The notes under the pieces are model-generated. The model searched no databases. It was given only the letters and a program-made list of their open reading frames with translations, and was not told the origin of the DNA. Shown here in pieces: positions 36,668 to 44,215 of a stretch of 45,153 nucleotides of DNA (the first letter of the stretch is position 1; each line of letters opens with the position of its first letter). The position numbers and the translations under genes are program-made. The stretch lies in NCBI GenBank assembly GCA_038062975.1, contig JBBTWC010000008.1:1-45153 (forward strand). Direction: 5' to 3'. This DNA comes from Patescibacteria group bacterium. GTDB taxonomy: Bacteria; Patescibacteriota; Minisyncoccia; Moranbacterales; UBA1568.

Positions 36668-36688
36668 GGATACAATTATTGCAAATAT

Positions 36689-37636
36689 GTGTCTATGTTA
36701 GAGAATCAGCCGTACCTATCAATTATTGTCCCTCTCTATAACGAGGAGGGGAATGTCCGGGAACTTCACAGAAAGATCCATGAGGCACTCGAGAAGGTAG
36801 GAAAGTCTTACGAGATTATCTTTATAGATGATGGCTCGAAGGATAAAACACTTGAAGAAGCGAAGGGGCTCTCACCACTTCGTCTTATTGTGTTTCGCAA
36901 AAATTTTGGTCAGACAGCGGCTTTTGATGCGGGTATTAAAGCAGCTCGTGGAGAAATTGTTATTACCATGGACGGTGATTTGCAGAATGATCCAGCCGAC
37001 ATCCCTTTATTACTAGCAGAGATGGACAAGGGATATGATGTTGTCTCTGGTTGGAGACACAAGCGTCAGGATCCATGGAGCAAAAAGATTCCCTCCCGTA
37101 TTGCGAACTTTCTTCGAAAGATGCTGATCCATGACAACATCCATGATTCTGGATGTAGCTTGAAGGCATACCGAAGAGAATGTTTTCAGGATGTAGATCT
37201 TTTTGGCGAGATGCATCGTTTTATTCCGGCTATTTTGCAACTCGATGGTTTCCGGGTTTCAGAGGTAAAGGTTTCGCACTATCCGCGTATTCATGGGGTA
37301 ACTAAGTACAATTGGAAGCGTGGTATCAAGGGATTTGTAGATATGATCTCCATTTGGTTTTGGCGCAAGTATTCGTACCGTCCAATACATCTTTTTGGAG
37401 GTGGAGGAGTATTGCTGTCTGTGATCGGATCAGGCTTGCTTGGCTGGATGGCAGTAGAGAAGATTTTCTTTGGTGCTGCTCTTACGCAGAGAATCTGGCC
37501 GATGATGGGCGTCTTCTTTATTCTTATGGGAGTTCAGCTCTTTGTAGCAGGGCTTCTTGCGGATATCATGGTCCGCAATTACTATCATTCGCGCAACCGA
37601 ATGAATTACACTGTTCGTGAAGTAAAGGAACAATAA
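36689..37636 (+). CDS. Membrane-anchored GT2, polyprenyl-phosphate glycosyltransferase (GtrB/ArnC type)
   Basis: LSIIVPLYNEEGNV, FIDDGSKDKT and TMDGDLQNDPADI. Two C-terminal TM helices end in GVQLFVAGLLADIMVRNY, typical of GtrB/ArnC/Ppm-like enzymes. The start is GTG at 36689 or ATG at 36695. Confidence 0.9.
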   Translation: MSMLENQPYLSIIVPLYNEEGNVRELHRKIHEALEKVGKSYEIIFIDDGSKDKTLEEAKGLSPLRLIVFRKNFGQTAAFDAGIKAARGEIVITMDGDLQNDPADIPLLLAEMDKGYDVVSGWRHKRQDPWSKKIPSRIANFLRKMLIHDNIHDSGCSLKAYRRECFQDVDLFGEMHRFIPAILQLDGFRVSEVKVSHYPRIHGVTKYNWKRGIKGFVDMISIWFWRKYSYRPIHLFGGGGVLLSVIGSGLLGWMAVEKIFFGAALTQRIWPMMGVFFILMGVQLFVAGLLADIMVRNYYHSRNRMNYTVREVKEQ

Positions 37637-37673
37637 GGAGGAGTTGAAAAAAAGGAGGGGATAATTTGTTTGT

Positions 37674-38345
37674 GTGAGAAAAATGAAAATTCATCGCGGT
37701 AATTTTGAAAGTAATCTCTTGTTTTTAGACGAAACAGGACTTCTGGATACTCCAAAACGGATTTTGGAAATTGGTGCAGGGCGAGGGGTGCTTACTCGGG
37801 TCTTGAAAGACCGAGGGCATCAAATTATTGGCACAGAGATTAACCATGAATACATTGCGTTTGCCAAGGAGGAGAACGATGTCGATCTCGTTTTTACAAA
37901 TGTCGAAACAACCGACTTGCCGTTTCCTGATAAGAGCTTTGATTTTGTCATAAGCTTTGATGTTTTTGAGCATATTCCAGATAGCGATGCGCATCTCAAA
38001 GAAGTGTCTCGTGTTTTGGCGCCAGGAGGAAGCTATCTTCTCTGTACGCCAAATAAGCTTACTAATGTTCCATTTGAAATTTTGAAGGAAAAAAGCCTGA
38101 CAAAGTATAAGGAATATCATATTGCTCTTCACACGTTTTGGGGATTGAAGAAGCGATTGCAGAAGAATGGGTATCAAACGTCTTTTGTATCAATTCCCTT
38201 AGTCACTCCGTATTTTATCGATAAGATGAGGCGATACACAGGGAGTGTTGGTGTTTTCTTGGTTCATATATTGAAACCAGATGCTTGGCCACAGTTTTTG
38301 AAAACGAATTTTTACGTTGTTGCGAAAAAGCAAGAGGAAGTGTAA
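37674..38345 (+). CDS. Class I SAM-dependent methyltransferase
   Basis: Motif I ILEIGAGRGVLT, then FDFVISFDVFEHI and APGGSYLL. Confidence 0.85.
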   Translation: MRKMKIHRGNFESNLLFLDETGLLDTPKRILEIGAGRGVLTRVLKDRGHQIIGTEINHEYIAFAKEENDVDLVFTNVETTDLPFPDKSFDFVISFDVFEHIPDSDAHLKEVSRVLAPGGSYLLCTPNKLTNVPFEILKEKSLTKYKEYHIALHTFWGLKKRLQKNGYQTSFVSIPLVTPYFIDKMRRYTGSVGVFLVHILKPDAWPQFLKTNFYVVAKKQEEV

Positions 38346-38363
38346 AGAGTAACAAAAGTCTCT

Positions 38364-39671
38364 ATGAAACTCGCATTTATCGGTACTGGATATGTAGGGC
38401 TCGTTACAGGTGTCTGTATGGCAGAGTTAGGACACACTGTTGTGTGTGCTGATATTGATACTCGTAAGATCGCTCTTTTGAAACGTGGGGTGATGCCAAT
38501 TTATGAAATGGGACTGGAGGATTTAGTAGAGAAAAATGTGTCTGAAGGGAGGCTAACTTTTACGACTTCTATTAGTAAAGCTATTAAGGAGTCAGATGTT
38601 GTTTTTAGTGCAGTTGGTACGCCTGAGGATAAAAAGACTGGGAAAGCAGATCTGCAGTATGTGTATACTGTCGCAGAAACATTTGCCAAAAATCTCAATA
38701 ATTACAAAATCTTGGTTAATAAGTCTACGGTTCCAGTGGGAACGGCAGATAAGTGTCGAGATATCATCCTTCATGCGAGTAAAGGTGCGAAAGAATTTGA
38801 TGTTGTCTCTAACCCAGAATTTTTGCGAGAAGGAGCAGCTATCAAAGATTTTTTGAATCCTGATCGAGTGGTTGTTGGAGTGGCTTCGGAAAAAGCCAAA
38901 GTAGCTATGGAAAAGATTTATCGTCCGATAGCGCGAGCAGGACGGCCGGTTATCGTGACGGATATTCGAAGTGCCGAGCTTATCAAGTATGCTTCGAATG
39001 CTTTTTTGGCAACCAAGATTACTTTTATCAATGAGATAGCGAATTTTTGCGAGAAGACCGGAGCGAATGTAAAAGAGGTAGCCAAGGGGATGGGGGCAGA
39101 TAGTAGAATCGGTTCTCGCTTTTTGTATGCGGGTATTGGTTATGGTGGATCATGCTTTCCCAAGGACGTGCAGGCTCTTATTGAAACGGGCAAGGAATAT
39201 GGGCATAAGTTTCAGATTATTGAATCCGCAGACAAGGTCAATGATGCTCAGAAATTGCGTCCCATTACATTTTTGAAGAAACATTTTAAAAGCTTGAAAG
39301 GAAAGAAAATTGCGGTATGGGGACTCTCTTTCAAGCCACGGACAGATGATGTACGCGAGGCTCCAGCTCTCTATGTTATAGATGCTCTCCTTCAGGCTGG
39401 TGCCCGAATTATAGCCTTTGATCCGGTGGCTGAAGAGGCTTTTAAAGAGGCTTTTTCCGATAAACGAGTGAAGTATGCGAAGAATGCATATGCTGCAACA
39501 GAAGATGCTGATGCGCTTTTGGTAATGACTGAATGGGACGAGTTTCGGAGTGCTGAGTATTCGGAGTTGGCCTCTCGGATGAAGAATCGGGTAATTGTTG
39601 ATGGACGGAATATTTTTGAACGGAAAGAAGCAGAGGCAGAAGGATTTGTATATTACGGTATTGGAGTATAG
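38364..39671 (+). CDS. ugd: UDP-glucose 6-dehydrogenase
   Basis: IGTGYVGLVTG Rossmann motif and the catalytic Cys context GYGGSCFPKDV. GLSFKPRTDDVREAP in the C-terminal UDP-binding domain. Confidence 0.95.
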   Translation: MKLAFIGTGYVGLVTGVCMAELGHTVVCADIDTRKIALLKRGVMPIYEMGLEDLVEKNVSEGRLTFTTSISKAIKESDVVFSAVGTPEDKKTGKADLQYVYTVAETFAKNLNNYKILVNKSTVPVGTADKCRDIILHASKGAKEFDVVSNPEFLREGAAIKDFLNPDRVVVGVASEKAKVAMEKIYRPIARAGRPVIVTDIRSAELIKYASNAFLATKITFINEIANFCEKTGANVKEVAKGMGADSRIGSRFLYAGIGYGGSCFPKDVQALIETGKEYGHKFQIIESADKVNDAQKLRPITFLKKHFKSLKGKKIAVWGLSFKPRTDDVREAPALYVIDALLQAGARIIAFDPVAEEAFKEAFSDKRVKYAKNAYAATEDADALLVMTEWDEFRSAEYSELASRMKNRVIVDGRNIFERKEAEAEGFVYYGIGV

Positions 39672-39677
39672 GGTCTT

Positions 39678-40868
39678 TTGTACAAAGTCGTACCTATGAA
39701 AATTTTGTTTCTCAATTATGAGTACCCACCTCTTGGAGGTGGGGCGGGTGTCGCTACCGAAGCGATTCTCAATGAGTGGAAAGACGCTCCGGATTTTGAA
39801 GTGCATTTGGTGACGTCAGCTGTTTCGGGAAAGTACGAAAAAGCGCAACTTGGCACCTCTGTTTTTGTTCACCGACTTCCTATTGGAAAGAATTCATCTA
39901 AGCTCCATTCGCAGTCTTCTCGTGAACTGATTGCTTATTACTTTGCAGCACTTTTTTTCTTACCAGGTTTTATACTCCGAGAACAGAAGAAAGGGAAATT
40001 TGATGCAACACTCGCATTTTTTACGGTACCATGTGCAGCGTTGGCCTTTATAGTGAGTGTGTTTTTTCGTATTCCTTATGTGGTATCGCTTCGTGGAGCA
40101 GATGTTCCGGGGTTTAGCGAAAAGTACGATAAGCTCTATTTCTTTCTTAAGCCGGTTATTGTGTTCTTGTGGAAAAAAGCCCAAGGAGTAATACCGAATA
40201 GCAAAGGGATTCAAAGCCTTGCTTTGCAAACCAATCCAAAGCAGGCAATGCAGATTATTGAAAATGGTATTGATACAGATTTCTTTAAACCAGGAGAAGC
40301 CCCAAAGCCTGCGTCTCCTTTTGTGTTTATTTCTACTTCGCGTCTCACGAAGCGGAAAAGGATTGACACTTTGATTCGTGCTTTTGCTCGAGCATCCAAG
40401 AAAACCAGCGTCTCATTGGAACTGTGTGTTATTAGTGATGGAGAGGAAAAGGAAGCGTTGCAAGCCTTAGCAAAAGAACTTGGAGTAGGGGGAACAGTGA
40501 AGTTTCTGGGTCGAGTAGACCGAAAAGAATATCCGGAAATATATGCCCGAGCGCATGTTTTTGTACTCCCTTCGAAGAATGAAGGAATGAGTAATTCGGC
40601 TTTGGAGGCACTTTCGTTTGGGTTACCACTCATTGTTTCACGAACTGGAGGTATGGAAGAGATAGTTACTCACGAAAAGAACGGTCTCTATGTTGATCCG
40701 ACTGACACCGAAGAATTTTCTCAAGCACTCCTTCGTCTTGTGAAAGAATCCGAGCTTCGAGAAGAAATGTCCAAAGAAAGCAGGAAGCGCGCTTTGGAGC
40801 GGAGCTGGGGAAAGACCGCTTTGCAATTTAAGAATATTTTGGAAGGAGTGAGCCATAAGAAGATATGA
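39678..40868 (+). CDS. GT4 (GT-B fold) glycosyltransferase
   Basis: KILFLNYEYPPLGGGAG and FVLPSKNEGMSNSALEALSFGLPLIVSRTGGMEEIV. The start may be the ATG at 39696. Confidence 0.85.
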   Translation: MYKVVPMKILFLNYEYPPLGGGAGVATEAILNEWKDAPDFEVHLVTSAVSGKYEKAQLGTSVFVHRLPIGKNSSKLHSQSSRELIAYYFAALFFLPGFILREQKKGKFDATLAFFTVPCAALAFIVSVFFRIPYVVSLRGADVPGFSEKYDKLYFFLKPVIVFLWKKAQGVIPNSKGIQSLALQTNPKQAMQIIENGIDTDFFKPGEAPKPASPFVFISTSRLTKRKRIDTLIRAFARASKKTSVSLELCVISDGEEKEALQALAKELGVGGTVKFLGRVDRKEYPEIYARAHVFVLPSKNEGMSNSALEALSFGLPLIVSRTGGMEEIVTHEKNGLYVDPTDTEEFSQALLRLVKESELREEMSKESRKRALERSWGKTALQFKNILEGVSHKKI

Positions 40869-41851
40869 AAAAACACCTCTTTACTTTTTTAAAGGTATCC
40901 GTGACACTCGGGCTTTCGCTCTGGCTTATTTTCTCTTTGGATTGGCGTGAGGTAGTGACGCATCTCTCTGGCATCAGGATAGAATATATCTTCTTGTATA
41001 TTTTAATGCAGATCCTTGGAAATATTATCTCTTCACGGAAGTGGCAGGTTATTGCTCTGTATAAAAATATCTCCTTTTCTTTACGAGACGGGTTTTTTAC
41101 CTATATTACCGGAGCCTTCATTAATAACTTTCTGCCTTCGACTATTGGAGGCGATACGTATCGGGCAATGTGGCTTGCGAAGCGTTCTGGTCGCCGGTTT
41201 GCTTCGATTTCTACTGTTGTCTTTGATCGGTTTATTGGATTCTGGACGCTCGCGCTTCTCGCTTTGATTTTGGGATATTTTTTGTTGCCGTATTTGCCAA
41301 CCTATCTTCCAGGAGACTTTTCGCTCATGACACTTTCTTTGCTGACGTTTGCTGCGATTGCGCTCTATTTTGGTCTGACATTTGTGTATTGGCAACCATG
41401 GTTTCAGAAGCTCCTGCTTCTTATTCCCAGTCGCAGAATTCGCAGTCTGCTAGAGGAAATACATTCATTTAGTAAGCGAGATATCTGGTTTCGAGCGAGT
41501 GCTTGGTCGGCACTCTTTGCTTTTGTTGGTATAGGGCTGTCCAATCGTTTTTTGTTTTCTTCTTTGGGAGTAGAGGTCCCGCTTTTGCCGTATCTTGCCT
41601 GTATTTTTTCTATCGCTATCGTGATTAGTGCTCCGATTACTATTAACAACATCGGGGTGAAAGAGTGGGCATACGCTTTTTTCTTTACCATGATTGGTAT
41701 CGATTTTGAAGTAGCGGTTGTTGCTTCGCTTTTGTCTCGTTTTATTCAAACCTTTATTTCTTTCATTGCGTTACCGCATTATCTTTCTTCTCGGGAGAAA
41801 GAAAAAAGCCTCCGCGAGGAGGCTTTGGAGCCGAAAGAAATTCTTTCTTAG
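40865..41851 (+). CDS. MprF-flippase-like (LPG_synthase_TM / UPF0104) membrane protein
   Basis: Eight or so TM helices with FINNFLPSTIGGDTYRAMWL, characteristic of this family. There is no C-terminal lysyl-transferase domain. ATGA start/stop overlap with the upstream GT4. Confidence 0.7.
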   Translation: MKKHLFTFLKVSVTLGLSLWLIFSLDWREVVTHLSGIRIEYIFLYILMQILGNIISSRKWQVIALYKNISFSLRDGFFTYITGAFINNFLPSTIGGDTYRAMWLAKRSGRRFASISTVVFDRFIGFWTLALLALILGYFLLPYLPTYLPGDFSLMTLSLLTFAAIALYFGLTFVYWQPWFQKLLLLIPSRRIRSLLEEIHSFSKRDIWFRASAWSALFAFVGIGLSNRFLFSSLGVEVPLLPYLACIFSIAIVISAPITINNIGVKEWAYAFFFTMIGIDFEVAVVASLLSRFIQTFISFIALPHYLSSREKEKSLREEALEPKEILS

Positions 41852-44121
41852 TCTTTTTTCTTTGGAAAGGCGAACGCTTTGACGAAGTGTGACGAGCGAC
41901 CATTGATATACACGGCAAAGGCCGGATCGTTTCTATCGTAGTAGGTGTGAATAGGAATGGTGGTCGGATCTTTTTCTACCTTGGAACGAAGCATACCGGT
42001 CGTTCTGTTTTTCCGCACAGAGGAGACAACGATATAGTCGTAATTGTAACTATGGAGGGCGTAAGAATCGAATCCGCGCTCACAGTTCCCAACGAAGAAT
42101 TTACAGACACCATCTTTGTCTGTCCATATTTTAAGTTTTTCAGCGTTCGGGAGGCTATTGAGTATCTTGGCTATCTCATAGCTTCCAGGGCCCATATCTT
42201 TGAGATCCAATGAATAAGCCTTTGGAAGGAGCGAAGAGGCATAGCTCAGTGGAAAAGGGGTGAGGAAAAGCGATGCAAAGCCAGAGAGGCCGATAAGGAG
42301 TACAAACACATTAAAGGGGACTTTGTGAAGCAAAGAGAAGCGCTTTTGAAGCATTGAGAAGCCTTCTGTTAAGGCGATACCCGAGATGATAGCGGCTACT
42401 GGGAAAAGCATGATTTGATAACGGACAGTTGAGGCAACGCCGTTAATGCTGCTTCCGATATAGTAGAGGAAGATAAAGAGTAGAAGGTAGAGTGAGAGTC
42501 GTAACGCTTGTGATTCGTAGAAGTTTTTTCGGAGGAAGAAAAAAGGAGAGACAATGAGTCCAAGGAGCATCACCGGAATAATCGCAAAGACAAAGGGGTA
42601 GAAGTTGGTGAGGAACACTCCAAAGTAGTCGCTATGGAGGAGAATGTTTTTTGGAGAAGAAAGAAGGCGCATGAAGTCATAGAAATACATCCCACTCCAA
42701 GTGTTTCCGAGGGTAAAGAGAATAGCCCCCAAGAAGACTGTACCGAAGAAAAGAGCTAACGCCTGTTTCCATCCAGAAAAGAATTGCAAAATAATTTTCA
42801 GGAAGCGTGTCTTATTGAGCCACTGGTCGAGGATAATAAGGCCCAAGAGTACCAAGAAAAGAGGTGCTACTTTTTCAAAAGCCTGACTCATAAGAGTAGA
42901 CTCGAGAAGTTGCAGAGGATTAATCCATACTGCTGGCATGAGGCAGTAAAATGTTGTGAGAGCGAAGAATACAATGAAAGCGAGATGTCCAAGGGCTCGT
43001 TTTATGTACAGGGAAACATCTTGCTTTGTTATTTTTGGATGGTATAGGTATTCGAGAAAAATGAGAGCAATGAGGTATACGATAGCGATGTTGGCGACAT
43101 ATTTGGTAAGAAGAGCGAGTCCAAGAAATATTCCTGAAAAAACAATATAGCGGAAACGGTCGCTTTTTTGGTAGAGGAGATAGGAAAGAAGGGAAAGGGG
43201 AGTAAAGATCCAGAGAAGCGAATCTGGGTTGATAATCTTGGAAATACCAATGAGGACTGGAGAGGTGGCTATGAGCGCGTAGCTTATAAGAGCGCTTTTC
43301 TTTCCAATGAGACCTTCAAGGAAGAAGTAAAACAATGGTAAAAGAAGCGTGATAGCGAGAAGAAGAGGGAAGCGGTATGCGAAGTAAAAGCTCTCGATGT
43401 TTGGTGAAGCATGAAAGAGCGGACCCTCAAATTTTGTGTCATCGAATTCTTTGGCTGGTTTGAAGAAGAGTCCTGGGCCAGTGAGTATAGCTACCGTGAC
43501 GCCTGGTTTGTCGCTGACGTTTGTTTTTCGCCAGTTCTGGTCTTCTATATTGGCCCAGTAACGATTAATGCGTCCATCGAGCCAGAGGGGTTCATCAACA
43601 GCCGCGTATTTGGTGAGTTTATTGAGGCCAAAACCAAAGAAAATAAGAGTAAATATCGCAACGAGCCCGAGAGTGACGAGGCCTTGTTTTTTGATCCATG
43701 AAATAAGTGAGAGAGGTGCTTCTTTTTCGGTTGCGTATGCACGCTCATTCTTTGCAAAGTGAAGAGAAAAGAGAATACCAGTAAGAATTACTGAGAGCCC
43801 AAGTATGAGCCAGAAGAAGTAGTGAAAATTGTTTGACTGAGATAATCCATAACCAAGCAAAATGAGGCTTGGAGCAAAGAGAAGAAGAAAAGTGCGGACT
43901 TCTCTTTGCCACTGGAATTTTTTTGTAAAAAAAGCGATAGCGCCAACTGAAAGTACGATGAGTATCAAAAAGCCAGCATAGAAAAAATCATTGGAGAGCC
44001 CTATGCGAAGAAAAGAGAGGGATTTTGCCTGGAGGGCTACGAAAAAGAGCGTGTTAAGAACACAGAGAAATGACAAAAGGCCATATGTGGCCTTTTGAGG
44101 AGACGAGAAGAAGCGGTGCAT
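41848..44121 (-). CDS. ArnT/PMT-like GT-C family (GT39/GT83-type) polytopic glycosyltransferase
   Basis: 757 aa with more than 12 TM helices. The first extracytoplasmic loop carries YAAVDEPLWLDG (acidic DE motif). C-terminal soluble domain. Confidence 0.7.
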   Translation of the reverse strand: MHRFFSSPQKATYGLLSFLCVLNTLFFVALQAKSLSFLRIGLSNDFFYAGFLILIVLSVGAIAFFTKKFQWQREVRTFLLLFAPSLILLGYGLSQSNNFHYFFWLILGLSVILTGILFSLHFAKNERAYATEKEAPLSLISWIKKQGLVTLGLVAIFTLIFFGFGLNKLTKYAAVDEPLWLDGRINRYWANIEDQNWRKTNVSDKPGVTVAILTGPGLFFKPAKEFDDTKFEGPLFHASPNIESFYFAYRFPLLLAITLLLPLFYFFLEGLIGKKSALISYALIATSPVLIGISKIINPDSLLWIFTPLSLLSYLLYQKSDRFRYIVFSGIFLGLALLTKYVANIAIVYLIALIFLEYLYHPKITKQDVSLYIKRALGHLAFIVFFALTTFYCLMPAVWINPLQLLESTLMSQAFEKVAPLFLVLLGLIILDQWLNKTRFLKIILQFFSGWKQALALFFGTVFLGAILFTLGNTWSGMYFYDFMRLLSSPKNILLHSDYFGVFLTNFYPFVFAIIPVMLLGLIVSPFFFLRKNFYESQALRLSLYLLLFIFLYYIGSSINGVASTVRYQIMLFPVAAIISGIALTEGFSMLQKRFSLLHKVPFNVFVLLIGLSGFASLFLTPFPLSYASSLLPKAYSLDLKDMGPGSYEIAKILNSLPNAEKLKIWTDKDGVCKFFVGNCERGFDSYALHSYNYDYIVVSSVRKNRTTGMLRSKVEKDPTTIPIHTYYDRNDPAFAVYINGRSSHFVKAFAFPKKKD

Positions 44122-44129
44122 AGAGTTCT

Positions 44130-44157
44130 TTGCTTAAAAGGAAAAATCATTTAAAAT
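44130..44157 (+). promoter_or_regulatory. Candidate promoter for the terminal plus-strand gene
   Basis: TTGCTT, a 16-nt spacer, then TAAAAT in the 94-nt divergent intergenic region. Confidence 0.35.
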
Positions 44158-44215
44158 AAAGGAGAAGACCAGGGCCTTGTGCCTCTATTTTAATTCAGGT
44201 AAAAGAAAAAAGAAA

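Noticed and set aside
39150-39806. 218-aa ORF antisense to ugd and the GT4 gene
   Set aside because: The sense strand encodes unmistakable Ugd and GT4 proteins. The antisense translation is Phe/Ile/Ser-rich with no motifs, typical of shadow ORFs in AT-leaning DNA. The same reasoning applies to 40211-40633, 34628-35044, 17517-17915, 15819-16208, 19961-20350, 2233-2682, 3440-3808 and 656-1018.
36689-44121. Classical Arn (L-Ara4N lipid A modification) operon
   Set aside because: Ugd, an ArnC-like GT2 and ArnT-like proteins are present. The ArnA (formyltransferase/decarboxylase), ArnB (aminotransferase), ArnD and ArnE/F equivalents are absent from the window.
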